Source: an uncultured bacterium
GTDB lineage: Bacteria > JAGOEH01
Assembly (NCBI GenBank): GCA_964632485.1
Contig: CAZWDO010000025.1
Coordinates: forward strand, 1-51,033
Direction of reading: 5' to 3'
DNA length: 51,033 nucleotides
Shown: piece by piece, positions 9,770 to 19,395 of the stretch
Numbering within the stretch: the stretch's first letter is position 1
How the letters are laid out: every line of letters begins with the position of its first letter
Program-made: the position numbers and the translations under genes
Notes under the pieces: model-generated
Databases searched by the model: none
What the model was told of the DNA's origin: nothing
The model's input: the letters and a program-made list of their open reading frames with translations, nothing else

Positions 9770-11188
9770 TTGTTGATTTTGAAGGATACTTCGAATAAAA
9801 TAAATTGGATTTGCTGGCAAGTTGGTATAATCTGTTTTTCTTTAAGCGTATTTTTCACGGAGTTTAGTTATCAGACCGGGAATTTTACCAGCCGATTGAT
9901 GGTAACACGAGCCATTGTGGAAAATGGTTCCATTGATATCACTCCCTACCAGGAATACTTAACGGTTGATCAATCTCATTTTCAGAGTAAAGTCTACTCG
10001 GACAAACCTATCGGCAGTTCATTGTTAATGGTTATTCCCTATTTTATTATTGAGCATATTTTAAATGGGTGGGAACTCCGGTATATTTCTGAAGCGTTTT
10101 CTCTGCTTTTAAAGGCATGGGTAGCGGAAATTTTTTCCTTGTGCCTTCTTTCAGCCTGTTTCATGGTTATTTTCACCAGAATGTGTATTGTGTATTTAAA
10201 TGTCAGTAAATCAAAGATGTTGCTAATCTCTTTCGCATATTTTGGTTCGCTGATATTTCCGTATTCCACTATCGGCATGGGAGAAAATTATGTTTTGCTA
10301 TTTCTTGTTTTATCAGCGTATTACTTGCTGAAAACTCCCTCATCCACAAAATATATCATTCTTTCTTCCCTATGGCTGTTAATTTCTATTCAAATTTATT
10401 ACCAGGTAGCGATTTTAGTTTTTCCCTGGGGGCTTTATCTATTACTTGCAGAACGTTCAAAATTTATTCTTTGGTCGGTAGGTATTATTGTTGCTTTGTT
10501 TTTAGTTTTGCTTTATAATCGAATTTTCTTTGGCGGTTGGTTCCATTTTGCCTATAATTACTGCATTGCTTTTTCAACAATGGGACTTCAAAACAATTGG
10601 GAATGGGTTGGATTGAATAAATTTTATCAGGTAACAATTTCCCCTTGGCGTGGCATTCTTTTTTATATGCCTGTTTTAATACTTCTATTTCAATCGTCGT
10701 TATGGGTTGAAAGAATCAAGAAGTATTCTTCTTTAATTTGGACAGGGCCCATTTTAATGTTTTATTTATATCTTCTTTTTTATAAAGAATGGGATGGGGG
10801 ATCCTGTTTCGGATTGCGATATATTGTTCCTGCTTTGCCTTTTGCCTATGCGATTATTATTGGTTATCTTTCAAAAATTAAATGGAATATTCTTCATTAT
10901 ACTCTGGTTTCATATACTTTGTCCATCTCTATATTGGGAACTATTACCGATCCCCATGTTGAAAGAAGCTTTCAAAATCCGGTTATCGATTTTTGTTTTC
11001 CATATTTATTGCAACAAGGACCAAACAATATCCTTGTAGATTTTAATCGACATCTTTCCGGTTATCATCATATTGCTTTTTCCTATTTAACTCTTTTGAT
11101 TCCACTATCGTTTGTTGTTATATTGTACATGCGAAAAAAAAATTTAAAACATGATGCATATCCAAAACAAAAACAGACTGATAGTTGA
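9770..11188 (+). CDS. Polytopic membrane protein, probable GT-C fold glycosyltransferase
   Basis: Many TMs; RAIVENGSIDI, YSDKPIGSS, SPWRGILFYMP, WDGGSCFGLRY motifs. Confidence 0.62.
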   Translation: MLILKDTSNKINWICWQVGIICFSLSVFFTEFSYQTGNFTSRLMVTRAIVENGSIDITPYQEYLTVDQSHFQSKVYSDKPIGSSLLMVIPYFIIEHILNGWELRYISEAFSLLLKAWVAEIFSLCLLSACFMVIFTRMCIVYLNVSKSKMLLISFAYFGSLIFPYSTIGMGENYVLLFLVLSAYYLLKTPSSTKYIILSSLWLLISIQIYYQVAILVFPWGLYLLLAERSKFILWSVGIIVALFLVLLYNRIFFGGWFHFAYNYCIAFSTMGLQNNWEWVGLNKFYQVTISPWRGILFYMPVLILLFQSSLWVERIKKYSSLIWTGPILMFYLYLLFYKEWDGGSCFGLRYIVPALPFAYAIIIGYLSKIKWNILHYTLVSYTLSISILGTITDPHVERSFQNPVIDFCFPYLLQQGPNNILVDFNRHLSGYHHIAFSYLTLLIPLSFVVILYMRKKNLKHDAYPKQKQTDS

Positions 11189-12386
11189 AGTCTTAAAAGT
11201 CTTTATATTTTTACTTCCCTTGTTTTATTTATCATTAATACTTGCTAGCAGAATTCGGTATGGCGTGTTTTTTAATCTGTTTTTATACGTCGTAGTATAT
11301 CTTTTTCACAAGCGGATAACTACATACGGTTTGTTCATAATGATACTGCTATTTTTGGGAATGCTAATAGTTGATATCTTGTATATTTCCTATTCGCTCC
11401 AATTTCCTAAAAAAAACTACTATTCTGATGGTACGGTTGATTATAAACCGTTGCAAAAATTAAGACAAACCGATTATGGTAATTTGATAGACGATTGTAC
11501 AATAAGGTTTTCTAAACTCAGAATAATCGATTATCAAATTGATGAATTAGGTTATCGAAATCCACCGGGTTCTTTCGAAAAATCTTTAATGATTGTTATT
11601 GGAGATTCGTATACATTAGGTTTGATTAATTCTGATTCTTCATGGCCTGCTGTTTTAGAAAAAATAATTCATAAAGGAGTATATAATGGGGGAATTGCCA
11701 ATTATGGCCCCCTTCAAACAATAAAAACTCTTGAAAAGCTATTAAAAATGAATATTCAGAATCCAGATAAAAAAAAATGTGTAATTTGGATGATCTATTC
11801 AGGCAACGATCTCATCGATAACTCATTAGTTGAAAGTCAAGAGTTTCATCAGAGATTAAATAGGTTTTTTGATCATTGGTATTTATACTTTAATGAACGG
11901 CGACCGTTTTCTATCTGGCGACAACTCTTTAGAAAAATTGATTTGCTACCCGCTAATATAAAAAAAAATATCAGGGTTTTAACAATTTTTTCGAATGACA
12001 CTGTATTAGTCTTAGAAGATGAAATTGCTCAGGCACACTTAACTGAAACCGAAGTTCTTCATCATCTTCATTATACTGACCTACAAGAATCAGTACTTAG
12101 GTTTAAAGAATTGACAGATTTTTATGATATCCAACCACTTTTAGTATTGGCGCCATCAAAAGCGGATGTGTATTACGAGCTTTTAAATCTACCGGAATAT
12201 TCAGGATTCCGTTGCATTATGAATGCTTTAGCGCAAAAATATGGGGTTCCGATTCTAGATTTGACGCAAATTTTTCGCATTCGCGCCAAATCAGAAGATC
12301 TTTATTATCGTGGGGACACCCATTGGAACGGAATTGGAAACAAGTTGGCTGCAATGGAGATTGCTGAGTTTTTATATGAAGAATAA
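11151..12386 (+). CDS. SGNH-fold AlgX/AlgJ-like polysaccharide O-acetyltransferase, membrane anchored
   Basis: N-terminal TMs; LGYRN, GDSYT (block I Ser), GND, APSK, DTHWN (DxH). Confidence 0.78.
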   Translation: MMHIQNKNRLIVEVLKVFIFLLPLFYLSLILASRIRYGVFFNLFLYVVVYLFHKRITTYGLFIMILLFLGMLIVDILYISYSLQFPKKNYYSDGTVDYKPLQKLRQTDYGNLIDDCTIRFSKLRIIDYQIDELGYRNPPGSFEKSLMIVIGDSYTLGLINSDSSWPAVLEKIIHKGVYNGGIANYGPLQTIKTLEKLLKMNIQNPDKKKCVIWMIYSGNDLIDNSLVESQEFHQRLNRFFDHWYLYFNERRPFSIWRQLFRKIDLLPANIKKNIRVLTIFSNDTVLVLEDEIAQAHLTETEVLHHLHYTDLQESVLRFKELTDFYDIQPLLVLAPSKADVYYELLNLPEYSGFRCIMNALAQKYGVPILDLTQIFRIRAKSEDLYYRGDTHWNGIGNKLAAMEIAEFLYEE

Positions 12387-13524
12387 CATTTTAAGGCGCT
12401 TCTTGAATTCATTTAGAACTAATTATCTGGAACAAAAAGACCAAATAGTGGGTAAGATATTGAATTCTCAACCATTCACTGGGCTGACGTCCGATTTTCC
12501 AAGGTATATTAATCTGGAATTGACTCGCCGTTGCAATCTGAACTGCGTCTATTGTGAAAGACCATCAACTATGGACGGGAATGGCGACATGGATTTTAGC
12601 TTGTTTCAACGGCTAATCGATGAAATTGCCATTCATCCGGTAGATGGGATTTTCCTGAATTATTCCGGAGAGCCTCTGCTTTATCCACATTTAGAAGAAG
12701 CGCTCGAGTACTTAAAAATCAAAGAGATTACTCAATATGGATTTACGACCAACGGTATGATTTTTAATGAACGGGTGATGCGGAAAATTCTTTCGGAATC
12801 AAACGGAACCATCTCGTTCAGCCTGGATATTGATAGCAAGCGAATTGAAGAAATTCGGCGCGGTGCAAAAATGGATATCTTGTTTGGTAATATTCATAAA
12901 GTGATTGAGATGAAGCACCACATGAATAGTCCGGTTAAGCTACGCGTTAATGCCGTTCTTTCAGATAGTACCATAAATATGATGATGCTGGAACGTTTTA
13001 TTGAAAAGTGGATCGGATTGGTAGATGCCGTGGTGGTAACTCTATGCGCAAATGATGCTCTGAGAATCGTTAATAAAGATAATGATTTTCTTCCGTTTCC
13101 CAAGCTCACCAATCGGATTCCATGCCTTGATCCCTTCATTTATACCGCAGTACTCTACAATGGTCAAACCAATCTTTGCTGCAATAATATAGCCTGTAAA
13201 AACCTCTACCCAGAACTATCCGTGGCGGACCGCTCTATTAAGGAAGTCTGGAATTCTCAAACCTACCGGGATATTCGGCAGGCAATGAACGATAGTGAGT
13301 ATCATCGGTTACCGATTTGCCGTTATTGTGATGTTTGGATTCGCCATTATCTGAATTTTTCAATGCGGTCTCTTCTATACACGGCCGTTTTTAACGGGTA
13401 TGTGTTCCATTTGGAAAAACGGAGGCTTCATCAACTATCTCGTTTGTTGACATCAATACGATTGCGGAAACTCGGCGATATTCAATTATCCAGTGATAGT
13501 ATTGATACTTATAATATAGGATAA
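12376..13524 (+). CDS. Radical SAM protein with SPASM/twitch domain
   Basis: CNLNCVYC, SGEPLLYP, TTNG, FSLD; PC..PF...LCC...SIKEVWNS...CRYC; ATG 12376 preferred to GTG 12310. Confidence 0.92.
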   Translation: MKNNILRRFLNSFRTNYLEQKDQIVGKILNSQPFTGLTSDFPRYINLELTRRCNLNCVYCERPSTMDGNGDMDFSLFQRLIDEIAIHPVDGIFLNYSGEPLLYPHLEEALEYLKIKEITQYGFTTNGMIFNERVMRKILSESNGTISFSLDIDSKRIEEIRRGAKMDILFGNIHKVIEMKHHMNSPVKLRVNAVLSDSTINMMMLERFIEKWIGLVDAVVVTLCANDALRIVNKDNDFLPFPKLTNRIPCLDPFIYTAVLYNGQTNLCCNNIACKNLYPELSVADRSIKEVWNSQTYRDIRQAMNDSEYHRLPICRYCDVWIRHYLNFSMRSLLYTAVFNGYVFHLEKRRLHQLSRLLTSIRLRKLGDIQLSSDSIDTYNIG

Positions 13525-13527
13525 TTC

Positions 13528-14439
13528 ATGTATCTTTCACGCCTGGTTACCTATATTCTGCTGGTTAGCGCCATGGTTTTTTGGGGCATGTCTTTTATCT
13601 GGGCAAAAATAGTATTTCAATCGTTTCACCCGTTTACGGTAATGGTTGGGCGGCTGTTGATATCATCATGCTTTTTAATTGTATGGGATTACTGGCAAAC
13701 GCGGGAACTGAGCATCAAGTGGGAGTATTTAAAAATATTTGCATTGTTGGCGTTTTTTCAACCATTTTTATATTTTGTTGGTGAAAGCTATGGCTTATTT
13801 TATGTTTCTTCTACCGTTGCAGCGATTATTATCGCCACTATTCCGGTCGTTACTCCTCTTTTTACCTATCTTTTTCTGAAGGAACGGCTGACAGTAATCG
13901 GATTGCTCGGTTTGCTTGTTTCCTTCATCGGTGTGCTGTTGGTCGTACTCAATAGTAATTCATCTCTGGTTATTTCCTTAAAAGGAATTTTATTTCTTAT
14001 ATTTGCGGTTTTGGCTTCAATCGCGTATGTGGTTGCTTTTAAAAAAATGAGCCATCGATATCGAGGAGTAACAATTTTAAAATATCAAAATTTACTTGGT
14101 ACGTTATATTTTTTACCATTTGCATACTTTTTAGAACGAGATAGTTTTTTTTTAAGTAAAGTAACGTTCGATGTGCTAATTAATTTGCTATTATTAGCCG
14201 GTTTTGCTTCAACTTTGGCGTTCCTATTTTTTAACAAAGCGATAAAAGATTTGGGAGTTAACAAAACAAACGCTTTTACAAACACAATTCCAATATTTAC
14301 TGCTATATTTGCTTGGATTATTCTGGGTGAGCGAATCGACATGCAGACGATTGTCGGAGTTTTGATTGTGATTACCGGTGTCTTACTGGCGCAAGTAAAG
14401 AGCCCATTTTTTCTAAAAAATAAAATCCACACAATTTAA
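13528..14439 (+). CDS. DMT/EamA family transporter
   Basis: FWGMSF, LFLKERLT, IILGE duplicated EamA halves, about 10 TMs. Confidence 0.9.
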   Translation: MYLSRLVTYILLVSAMVFWGMSFIWAKIVFQSFHPFTVMVGRLLISSCFLIVWDYWQTRELSIKWEYLKIFALLAFFQPFLYFVGESYGLFYVSSTVAAIIIATIPVVTPLFTYLFLKERLTVIGLLGLLVSFIGVLLVVLNSNSSLVISLKGILFLIFAVLASIAYVVAFKKMSHRYRGVTILKYQNLLGTLYFLPFAYFLERDSFFLSKVTFDVLINLLLLAGFASTLAFLFFNKAIKDLGVNKTNAFTNTIPIFTAIFAWIILGERIDMQTIVGVLIVITGVLLAQVKSPFFLKNKIHTI

Positions 14440-14548
14440 AGATGTTTAAACAATTGATTTTTAAACTAAAATTACAGTGTTTTTGCATATTTGTAGTAGC
14501 TTCAGTTGCAGATTGTTTTTGGAACTATATTAAAATTTTTGGATTTAA

Positions 14549-16768
14549 ATGAGAATGAAAAATTTTATTTCACGTTATAAGTACCTTCTATTGACTTTTT
14601 TTTTCATGGTTTTTTACTGGATTGCGGAAGCGGCGTTTGATACTATATTTCATAATGAGTACATATTTTTATATCGCATTTTCTTTTTGGATATGATGGA
14701 ATTATGGATGAGATTAACAACAGAAATTATTATTTTATCATTTGGCATTACAATTTATTTTTTTTCTCGAAAACAAAAAAAACAGGAACAGCAAATTATA
14801 AGTTTGGCTCGTTTTCCTGATGAAAATCCTAATCCTGTATTTAGGATAGGACTAAGAAATGAATTAATATACGCCAATAAACCAGCGATAGAATTAATTA
14901 AAGCAATACCTGCTTCACTCTATAAATCAATCATTCAGGTCGATAATATACAAGAGCGATTTATTGAATTGAAATTAAAAAATCAATATTGGCTGTTTCA
15001 AATCCAGTTTATCAAGGAAATGGAATATACAAATATTTATGGCATTGATATTACAGAAAAGAAGCAGTTGGAATTTTACTGGACTTTGCTTGAACAGGTT
15101 TTTAATAATACGATAGAAGGGATCATGATTACAGACAATAAGCGCCAGATTATCCATATTAATAGCGCTTTTACATCAATTACTGGATATAGCGCATTAG
15201 AGATTGTTGGAAAAAGCCCATCAATCATGAAATCCGGCAAGCATGATGCTTTGTTTTATCAGGAAATGAATAGACAATTGTTGGAAAAGGGGTTTTGGCA
15301 GGGAGAAATATGGGATAAGCGCAAAAACGGTGAAATTTATCCAAAATGGTTGTCATTGAGCACAGTTCGCGATTCAGACAAAAATATTCAAAATTTTATT
15401 GGTATTTTTTCCGATATTAGTTCGGTAAAAGTGACTGAGGACTATTTTGATTATCTGGCTTTTCATGATACTTTGACCGGACTCCCCAATCGATTGCTTT
15501 TCAATGAACGTGTTCATTATGCGATTTTGGATAATCGGGGGGAATCATCCAAGTTAGCGATTATGATGCTTGATTTGGATCGGTTTAAAAAAATCAACGA
15601 TAGTCTTGGCCATAGCCTGGGAGATTCTTTGATTATCGAAGTTTCCCAACGTCTGAGCGCTATTTTGCCGGAATCAGCGACTTTAGCGCGGTTAGGGGGC
15701 GACGAATTTGCTCTGGTGATACCGGGAGTTGAAAGTGAGGCCGCGCTTATTGCGTTAACTCAAAATATTCTTAATGTTCTATCCAGTCCATTTCAAATTG
15801 GTGAGCAGAGGTTGTACATAACATTAAGTATCGGTATTGCCCTGCATCCAAACCATGGCAAGGATATTGAAAGTTTATTAAAAAATGCGGATGCCGCCTT
15901 ATTTTTGGCAAAAGAAAATGGTAGAAATCGATTTGAAGTTTATTCTCCCGTTATTAATGAACGATCTTTTACCATACTTCAACGGGAAACTGAATTTAAT
16001 CAGGCATTGGTGAGAGACGAGATTGTTGTTTTTTATCAGCCTAAAATAGATATTCATCGATTTGCCTTAGCCGGAATGGAGGCTTTGGTTCGGTGGGTTG
16101 ATTTTGAGGGGAAAATTATTCCTCCCTATGAGTTTATTTCTATTGCTGAGGAAACGGGATTGATTATCCCAATGGGTGAAAGAGTGTTGAAATTATCTTG
16201 CAATGACATGCAGGAATGGAGAAAAAGCCGGCCGGGTGTAAATCTAAAGGTTTCGGTCAACCTTTCTGCCCGGCAATTTTCCGATAAGTTTATGGTTGAA
16301 AAAATCGCTCGTGCTTTAGATCAAAGCGGACTTGAAGCGGAGTATCTTGATGTTGAAATAACAGAAAGCGCTGTTATGATCGATTTGGAAAAATCGATTG
16401 ATACCATGAATCAGCTTAAAAACATGGGCATCTCCATTTCATTGGATGATTTTGGCACTGGTTATTCTTCATTAAATTATCTCCGACGTTTCCCAATAGA
16501 TTTTTTAAAAATCGATCAGAGTTTTGTTCGGGATTTGGAATTGTTTCCTCAGGTCGCATCTATTATTCGCGCTATAATCCAGATGTCCCATGCTTTAAAT
16601 ATTCAGGTAGTTGCCGAAGGCGTAGAAAACAATGTTCAGGCTCGTTTTTTACAGAACCAGGGATGCGATTACATCCAGGGCTATTATTTTAGCAGACCTG
16701 TTCCCAAAAATGAGTTTGAACGGTTGATCGATAATCGATCCTGGCTGCTGGAGAAAATCTGGTCATGA
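14549..16768 (+). CDS. Membrane PAS-GGDEF-EAL diguanylate cyclase/phosphodiesterase
   Basis: Two N-terminal TMs; PAS (NSAFTSITGY, WQGEIW); HDTLTGLPNR, RLGGDEF; EALVRW, DDFGTGYSS, EGVE, QGYYFSRP. Confidence 0.95.
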   Translation: MRMKNFISRYKYLLLTFFFMVFYWIAEAAFDTIFHNEYIFLYRIFFLDMMELWMRLTTEIIILSFGITIYFFSRKQKKQEQQIISLARFPDENPNPVFRIGLRNELIYANKPAIELIKAIPASLYKSIIQVDNIQERFIELKLKNQYWLFQIQFIKEMEYTNIYGIDITEKKQLEFYWTLLEQVFNNTIEGIMITDNKRQIIHINSAFTSITGYSALEIVGKSPSIMKSGKHDALFYQEMNRQLLEKGFWQGEIWDKRKNGEIYPKWLSLSTVRDSDKNIQNFIGIFSDISSVKVTEDYFDYLAFHDTLTGLPNRLLFNERVHYAILDNRGESSKLAIMMLDLDRFKKINDSLGHSLGDSLIIEVSQRLSAILPESATLARLGGDEFALVIPGVESEAALIALTQNILNVLSSPFQIGEQRLYITLSIGIALHPNHGKDIESLLKNADAALFLAKENGRNRFEVYSPVINERSFTILQRETEFNQALVRDEIVVFYQPKIDIHRFALAGMEALVRWVDFEGKIIPPYEFISIAEETGLIIPMGERVLKLSCNDMQEWRKSRPGVNLKVSVNLSARQFSDKFMVEKIARALDQSGLEAEYLDVEITESAVMIDLEKSIDTMNQLKNMGISISLDDFGTGYSSLNYLRRFPIDFLKIDQSFVRDLELFPQVASIIRAIIQMSHALNIQVVAEGVENNVQARFLQNQGCDYIQGYYFSRPVPKNEFERLIDNRSWLLEKIWS

Positions 16769-17313
16769 TCTGGTTAATTGCGCTGGGACTGGCAATGGAT
16801 GCGTTTGCTGTGGCGATCGCCTGCGGTATTACGATTCAATGCCTTCAATTGCGTCATGCGCTCCGTATAGCAGGGTCTTTTGGAGCATTTCAGGCGGGTA
16901 TGCCGATCCTTGGATGGTGGAGTGGCGCGTATATTCAAGGCTGGATTGAACCTGTGGATCATTGGATCGCGTTTTCAGTATTGTCATTTTTAGGTATTAA
17001 GATGATTCGGGAAGCTCGACGTCCCCTGACCTGTGAGTCCCCTCAAAATCCCCTCCAATGGCGCGTATTACTTGGACTCTCAGTTGCCACCAGCCTGGAT
17101 GCCCTGGCTGTTGGCTTCAGCCTTTCCTGTGTCGGTGTTACAATTTGGAAGCCGGCAATAATAATCGGGATGGTGACTTTTTTTGTTTCGTTTGCAGGAA
17201 CATGGATTGGCGATTCAGTAGGGCATTTTTTTGAGACCCGGATCGAAATTGCCGGGGGAATTGTTCTAATTGCTATCGGGTTAAAAATTTTAATTGATCA
17301 TTTGTTAGGCTAA
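16765..17313 (+). CDS. mntP: Manganese efflux pump MntP
   Basis: LAMDAFAV, FQAGMP, DHWIAF, ATSLDALAVG, EIAGGIVLIAIG; ATGA overlap with upstream gene. Confidence 0.9.
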   Translation: MIWLIALGLAMDAFAVAIACGITIQCLQLRHALRIAGSFGAFQAGMPILGWWSGAYIQGWIEPVDHWIAFSVLSFLGIKMIREARRPLTCESPQNPLQWRVLLGLSVATSLDALAVGFSLSCVGVTIWKPAIIIGMVTFFVSFAGTWIGDSVGHFFETRIEIAGGIVLIAIGLKILIDHLLG

Positions 17314-18543
17314 TTGGTTGATACAATATTTAATAGTGGACAAACTGGTTTGGATTTAAAAAATTATATATTATTGGCATGTGAAACCTATCCCGATGAA
17401 AATGGCGGTGTGCATCGTTATGTCTTCGAAAGCGCAAAATTTCTGGCTAAACTGGGTCATCGGGTAACAATTATTGCCGGCGCCAAATCAAAATTTCAAA
17501 AATTGAAGGTTGTTGATCATGTCGCCATTCAAAGGTTTATACTACCTAAGACGCGTTTTGTATTTCTGCACCATTTTATTCAAATTGTAGCAGCAATAAT
17601 TATTCTAAATCGTGTGAAAAACTGTGATTGCTTGTGGATTCATAATCCGCTTTTTATGATATCTGCTCGATGTTCCCGGCATCGTCATCGAAAAATTGTC
17701 TACTTTTTCCATGCCCCGATAGCGGAAGAGTTCGCGCTGGATGCCCACTATTTCCGCTATCAATTCAGTTTTAAGCAATCTATTAAACATGAGTATATAA
17801 AGTTATGGATTTCTTTTAATTGCTGGGCTGAAAAACTTGTTGTAACTAAAGCGGATGCTATTGTATGTCTATCGAATTTTATGAAATCGAAGCTGTTGGA
17901 ATATTATCCATTCACAAAGGAAATATCAGTCATTCCTGCTGGAATTGATCTGGATAAATTTCAGTATCATGATATGCTTGCCAGTCGGAATCGGTTGAAT
18001 TTACCGCTTAATCGGCCTATCCTTCTGACGGTCCGCCGTTTGGTAAGCCGGATGGGTCTTTTGGAATTGATCGAATCCATGGTGCAAATTGATGCAATAT
18101 TATTAATTGGCGGGGCGGGTCCTTTATTGCCCCCAATGAAGTCATTAATAGATAAATTGAATCTTAAGCATAAAGTTTTTTTGTTGGGAAGCATTTCTGA
18201 TAAAAGCTTGCCTTATTACTATTCGGCGGCAAATTTTTTCGTTTTGCCTACGCTTGCTTTAGAGGGATTTGGCATTGTAACCATTGAAGCTATGGCGTGT
18301 GGGTTACCTGTTATTGGCACTATCGCAGGCGCTATTCCGGAAGTGATCGCTCCGTTTAATACTGATTTTCTAATTCCTAGTACCACTCCCGATATGATAG
18401 CTCAAACGATTAATAAAATTCTTTCAAATAGATTATATGGCAGCCAACAATTTCGTGAAAGTTGCCGCGCCTACACTAAGAGTAACTTTAGCTGGAATAC
18501 TCTAATTTATAAATTAATCGCGCAATCTGAAGCAAACGGATAA
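17314..18543 (+). CDS. GT4 glycosyltransferase
   Basis: GGVHRY, VRRLVSRMG, EGFGIVTIEAMACGLP; TTG start uncertain. Confidence 0.9.
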   Translation: MVDTIFNSGQTGLDLKNYILLACETYPDENGGVHRYVFESAKFLAKLGHRVTIIAGAKSKFQKLKVVDHVAIQRFILPKTRFVFLHHFIQIVAAIIILNRVKNCDCLWIHNPLFMISARCSRHRHRKIVYFFHAPIAEEFALDAHYFRYQFSFKQSIKHEYIKLWISFNCWAEKLVVTKADAIVCLSNFMKSKLLEYYPFTKEISVIPAGIDLDKFQYHDMLASRNRLNLPLNRPILLTVRRLVSRMGLLELIESMVQIDAILLIGGAGPLLPPMKSLIDKLNLKHKVFLLGSISDKSLPYYYSAANFFVLPTLALEGFGIVTIEAMACGLPVIGTIAGAIPEVIAPFNTDFLIPSTTPDMIAQTINKILSNRLYGSQQFRESCRAYTKSNFSWNTLIYKLIAQSEANG

Positions 18544-18547
18544 CCGA

Positions 18548-19297
18548 TTGGGTTGGTTTCATTTTATATTTTCAGGTATCTTCGCTCCTACCTATTTGCA
18601 GACTCATTACCGTGAAAAATGTCTGAAATCATTTATTCAAGATGTTCACGGAATGGTTTTAGATGTTGGTTGCGGAGCTCAGATCAATAAAAAGCGATTT
18701 TGTATTCACGATTTGGAATATATAGCGCTGGATTATGAACAAATCCTCCAGCAAGTGGATTCACAGGGTAGGGGGGGTAAACCGGGTAGTATTAAACGGC
18801 CCAATATTAATGCGACGGCGATTCATCTTCCTTGTAAAAAGGAATCAATCGATACGATTATCTGCACTGATGTGCTGGAGCACTTATCTGATCCTTTTAT
18901 CGCTTTGCTGGAATTCGCTCAAGCGCTTAAACCTGGCGGAAATCTATTGATATCTGTACCTTTTTTATTAGGGGAACATCAAGTTCCCTATGATTATTTC
19001 AGGTTTACGCGGTTTGGACTAATTTCTTTATTTGAAAAAAGTCATTTAATGCTTACCGAACTCTTGCCTTACCAGAATAATGGAGTTTCTCTTTTATTGA
19101 TGATTACTTCGTTTGTTTTTTATGATTGTCTGATCCCATTAAAAAAAATCCACCCAATTATATTTGTAATACTGTATGGGTTTACTATCCCGATTAATAT
19201 TATGTTTAATCTTTTGGGGGTATTATGTTCAAAAATTCCATTCGCTACATCGAATACGTTAGGATTTGTCTTACGCGCGCGAAAAGAAAAAAAATGA
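18548..19297 (+). CDS. Class I SAM methyltransferase
   Basis: VLDVGCG, DVLEH, LKPGG, VPF...HQVPYDYFRFT. Confidence 0.88.
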   Translation: MGWFHFIFSGIFAPTYLQTHYREKCLKSFIQDVHGMVLDVGCGAQINKKRFCIHDLEYIALDYEQILQQVDSQGRGGKPGSIKRPNINATAIHLPCKKESIDTIICTDVLEHLSDPFIALLEFAQALKPGGNLLISVPFLLGEHQVPYDYFRFTRFGLISLFEKSHLMLTELLPYQNNGVSLLLMITSFVFYDCLIPLKKIHPIIFVILYGFTIPINIMFNLLGVLCSKIPFATSNTLGFVLRARKEKK

Positions 19298-19395
19298 ATT
19301 TATGATGGCAATCCTACATTATAAAAAACAATCCTCTGATAACTCGCAGCGCATTATTTACATTTTAGAAACTCATTTTTAGAAAGGGTATAGGT

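Noticed and set aside
5849-13524. RiPP cluster built on the radical SAM/SPASM genes
   Set aside because: No convincing precursor peptide, RRE, peptidase or ABC exporter; context is glycan synthesis
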